From Podarcis filfolensis (Eukaryota), in the NCBI GenBank assembly GCA_964270895.1, contig OZ185449.1: a DNA stretch of 64,000 nucleotides; one strand, given 5' to 3'. This document shows positions 62,916 to 64,000 of this stretch, piece after piece. The stretch's first letter is position 1, and each line of letters opens with the position of its first letter. Both the position numbers and the translations under genes were made by a program. The notes beneath the pieces were generated by a model. The model was not told where the DNA came from and ran no database searches. It worked only from the letters and a program-made list of their open reading frames with translations.

Positions 62916-63729
62916 GAATTTATCTGATGGTTTCGGATTTTCTTCTTTTTCCTGCAAACTGTGGCTGGAACTAATAATACAAGCTGTGGCAGAAACTCTA
63001 GGAGTCTCTCTGAGTGGAAAAAGAACTTGCAGGGTGTGGGACCAAAAGCCCTTTCCTCTTGTTAGCCTTTACAACCCCACATCTCCATTCTGCATAACTC
63101 TTAAAAATGCAGGAACCCTTTCCTTCCTAGCCGCTCACCCTAGCAAATATGGTAATCAATTCTGTGTGTCCCTGCTGAGAGAGATTTCAGGAAAGGAGCT
63201 GGTGCAAATATCTCTAAAGAAGTGTGAAGCAGTTGGGGAGTGGCCTTAGCTCAGTAGCAGAGTATATGGCACGTGGGAGCCACAGTGCCTCATCCCCTTT
63301 CCCCTATACTGGAAATTTAAAATTATGAGCACAGATCTCCAGATTGCATCTTTTTCAAACCAATCAAGCCAAATACGCTATTGGCTGAGAACATTCAGGA
63401 AGCTTGTACAGTACCTTCCTAAGAACTAGAAACAGGAAGCTGCATTATACTGTGTAACACAACTTATTGACACTTCCTATTGTCCTGCTGCTTTCTCCCA
63501 TGGCAACTGCTATTTAGTGCTCAATCAGAGCAAACAGCAATTCAGGTTTTCCCTGATTGTCATTTGTTCCAATCTATCACTAAAGAGTGGATTTTCCATT
63601 GGAAAGGATCTTGTCAGAGGGAAAACTGCCCCAACCTGCACCTAGAAAGCATGGTTCAAGTGGAAAACTGCTCTGACCCATGCTTTCTAAGCGCAGCACT
63701 AGCGGAAGTGTGGACAAGTCTTTAGTTAG

Positions 63730-63830
63730 ACCAAATCTAACTTGAGTTTCTCTATATTGACTGGCAGCAGATCTACAGGGTTTCAGGCAGGTGTTTTCCA
63801 AAGCCTTACCCTCCCACAAACATTTAAAAG
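63730..63830 (-). mobile_element. Squam3-like SINE fragment
   Basis: actggcagcagatctacagggtttcaggcagg is the reverse complement of the SINE core seen near 2600-2650. Confidence 0.5.
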
Positions 63831-64000
63831 GCTGTAGAATATTAATCATCCAAAGGCTCCAAGCGAACCTCCCTAGGGAGTCACTGCAGAAAAGACTAGT
63901 TCTCATGTTGCCACCTAAGGACATATTTCCTCTATCTCCTGACAAAGGTCATCATGCAAGGCGACCAAAGCAGTTTCTGTGCCAAAACCAGGCCTGAACC

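Noticed and set aside
63241-63275. tRNA gene (tagctcagtagcagag A-box-like)
   Set aside because: No B-box or cloverleaf; most likely a SINE head fragment. The tRNA-like heads near 4292 and 43440 are Sauria SINEs.
63643-63689. Small inverted repeat (tagaaagcatgg..ccatgctttcta)
   Set aside because: Short and similar to the decayed palindromic MITEs common in this genome.
1-64000. CRISPR arrays, rRNA genes, prokaryotic operons or large viral inserts
   Set aside because: No regularly spaced repeats, rRNA similarity or long gene-dense ORF runs; the window is typical vertebrate intron-rich DNA.

Overview
Vertebrate genomic DNA, very probably from a lacertid lizard (two full-length Podarcis-type Sauria SINEs plus squamate MITE/SINE families). 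It contains (1) the 3' part of RALGPS1 on the + strand: nine core coding exons from 14400 to the stop at 52108, an 81-nt cassette exon at 42095-42175 and a 3'UTR of about 4.3 kb; (2) an intact single-coding-exon glycosyltransferase family 92 (DUF23/GALT-1-like) gene at 61182-62498, downstream of a CpG-rich region with a 44-bp hairpin; (3) many transposon remnants (hAT and Tc1/mariner MITEs, SINEs, L1, L2, CR1, an unassigned LINE, a DIRS fragment); (4) a 128-N assembly gap. Most unusual signals: a circularly permuted U6 snRNA retrocopy (U6 nt 76-107 joined directly to nt 1-68) fused head-to-head with a LINE 3' end; a composite MITE carrying a captured LINE tail, present twice with 6-bp target-site duplications; a 206-bp direct repeat at 99% identity upstream of the GT92 gene; and the GT92 gene itself beside RALGPS1. 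Family assignments come from recalled consensus sequences, not database searches.
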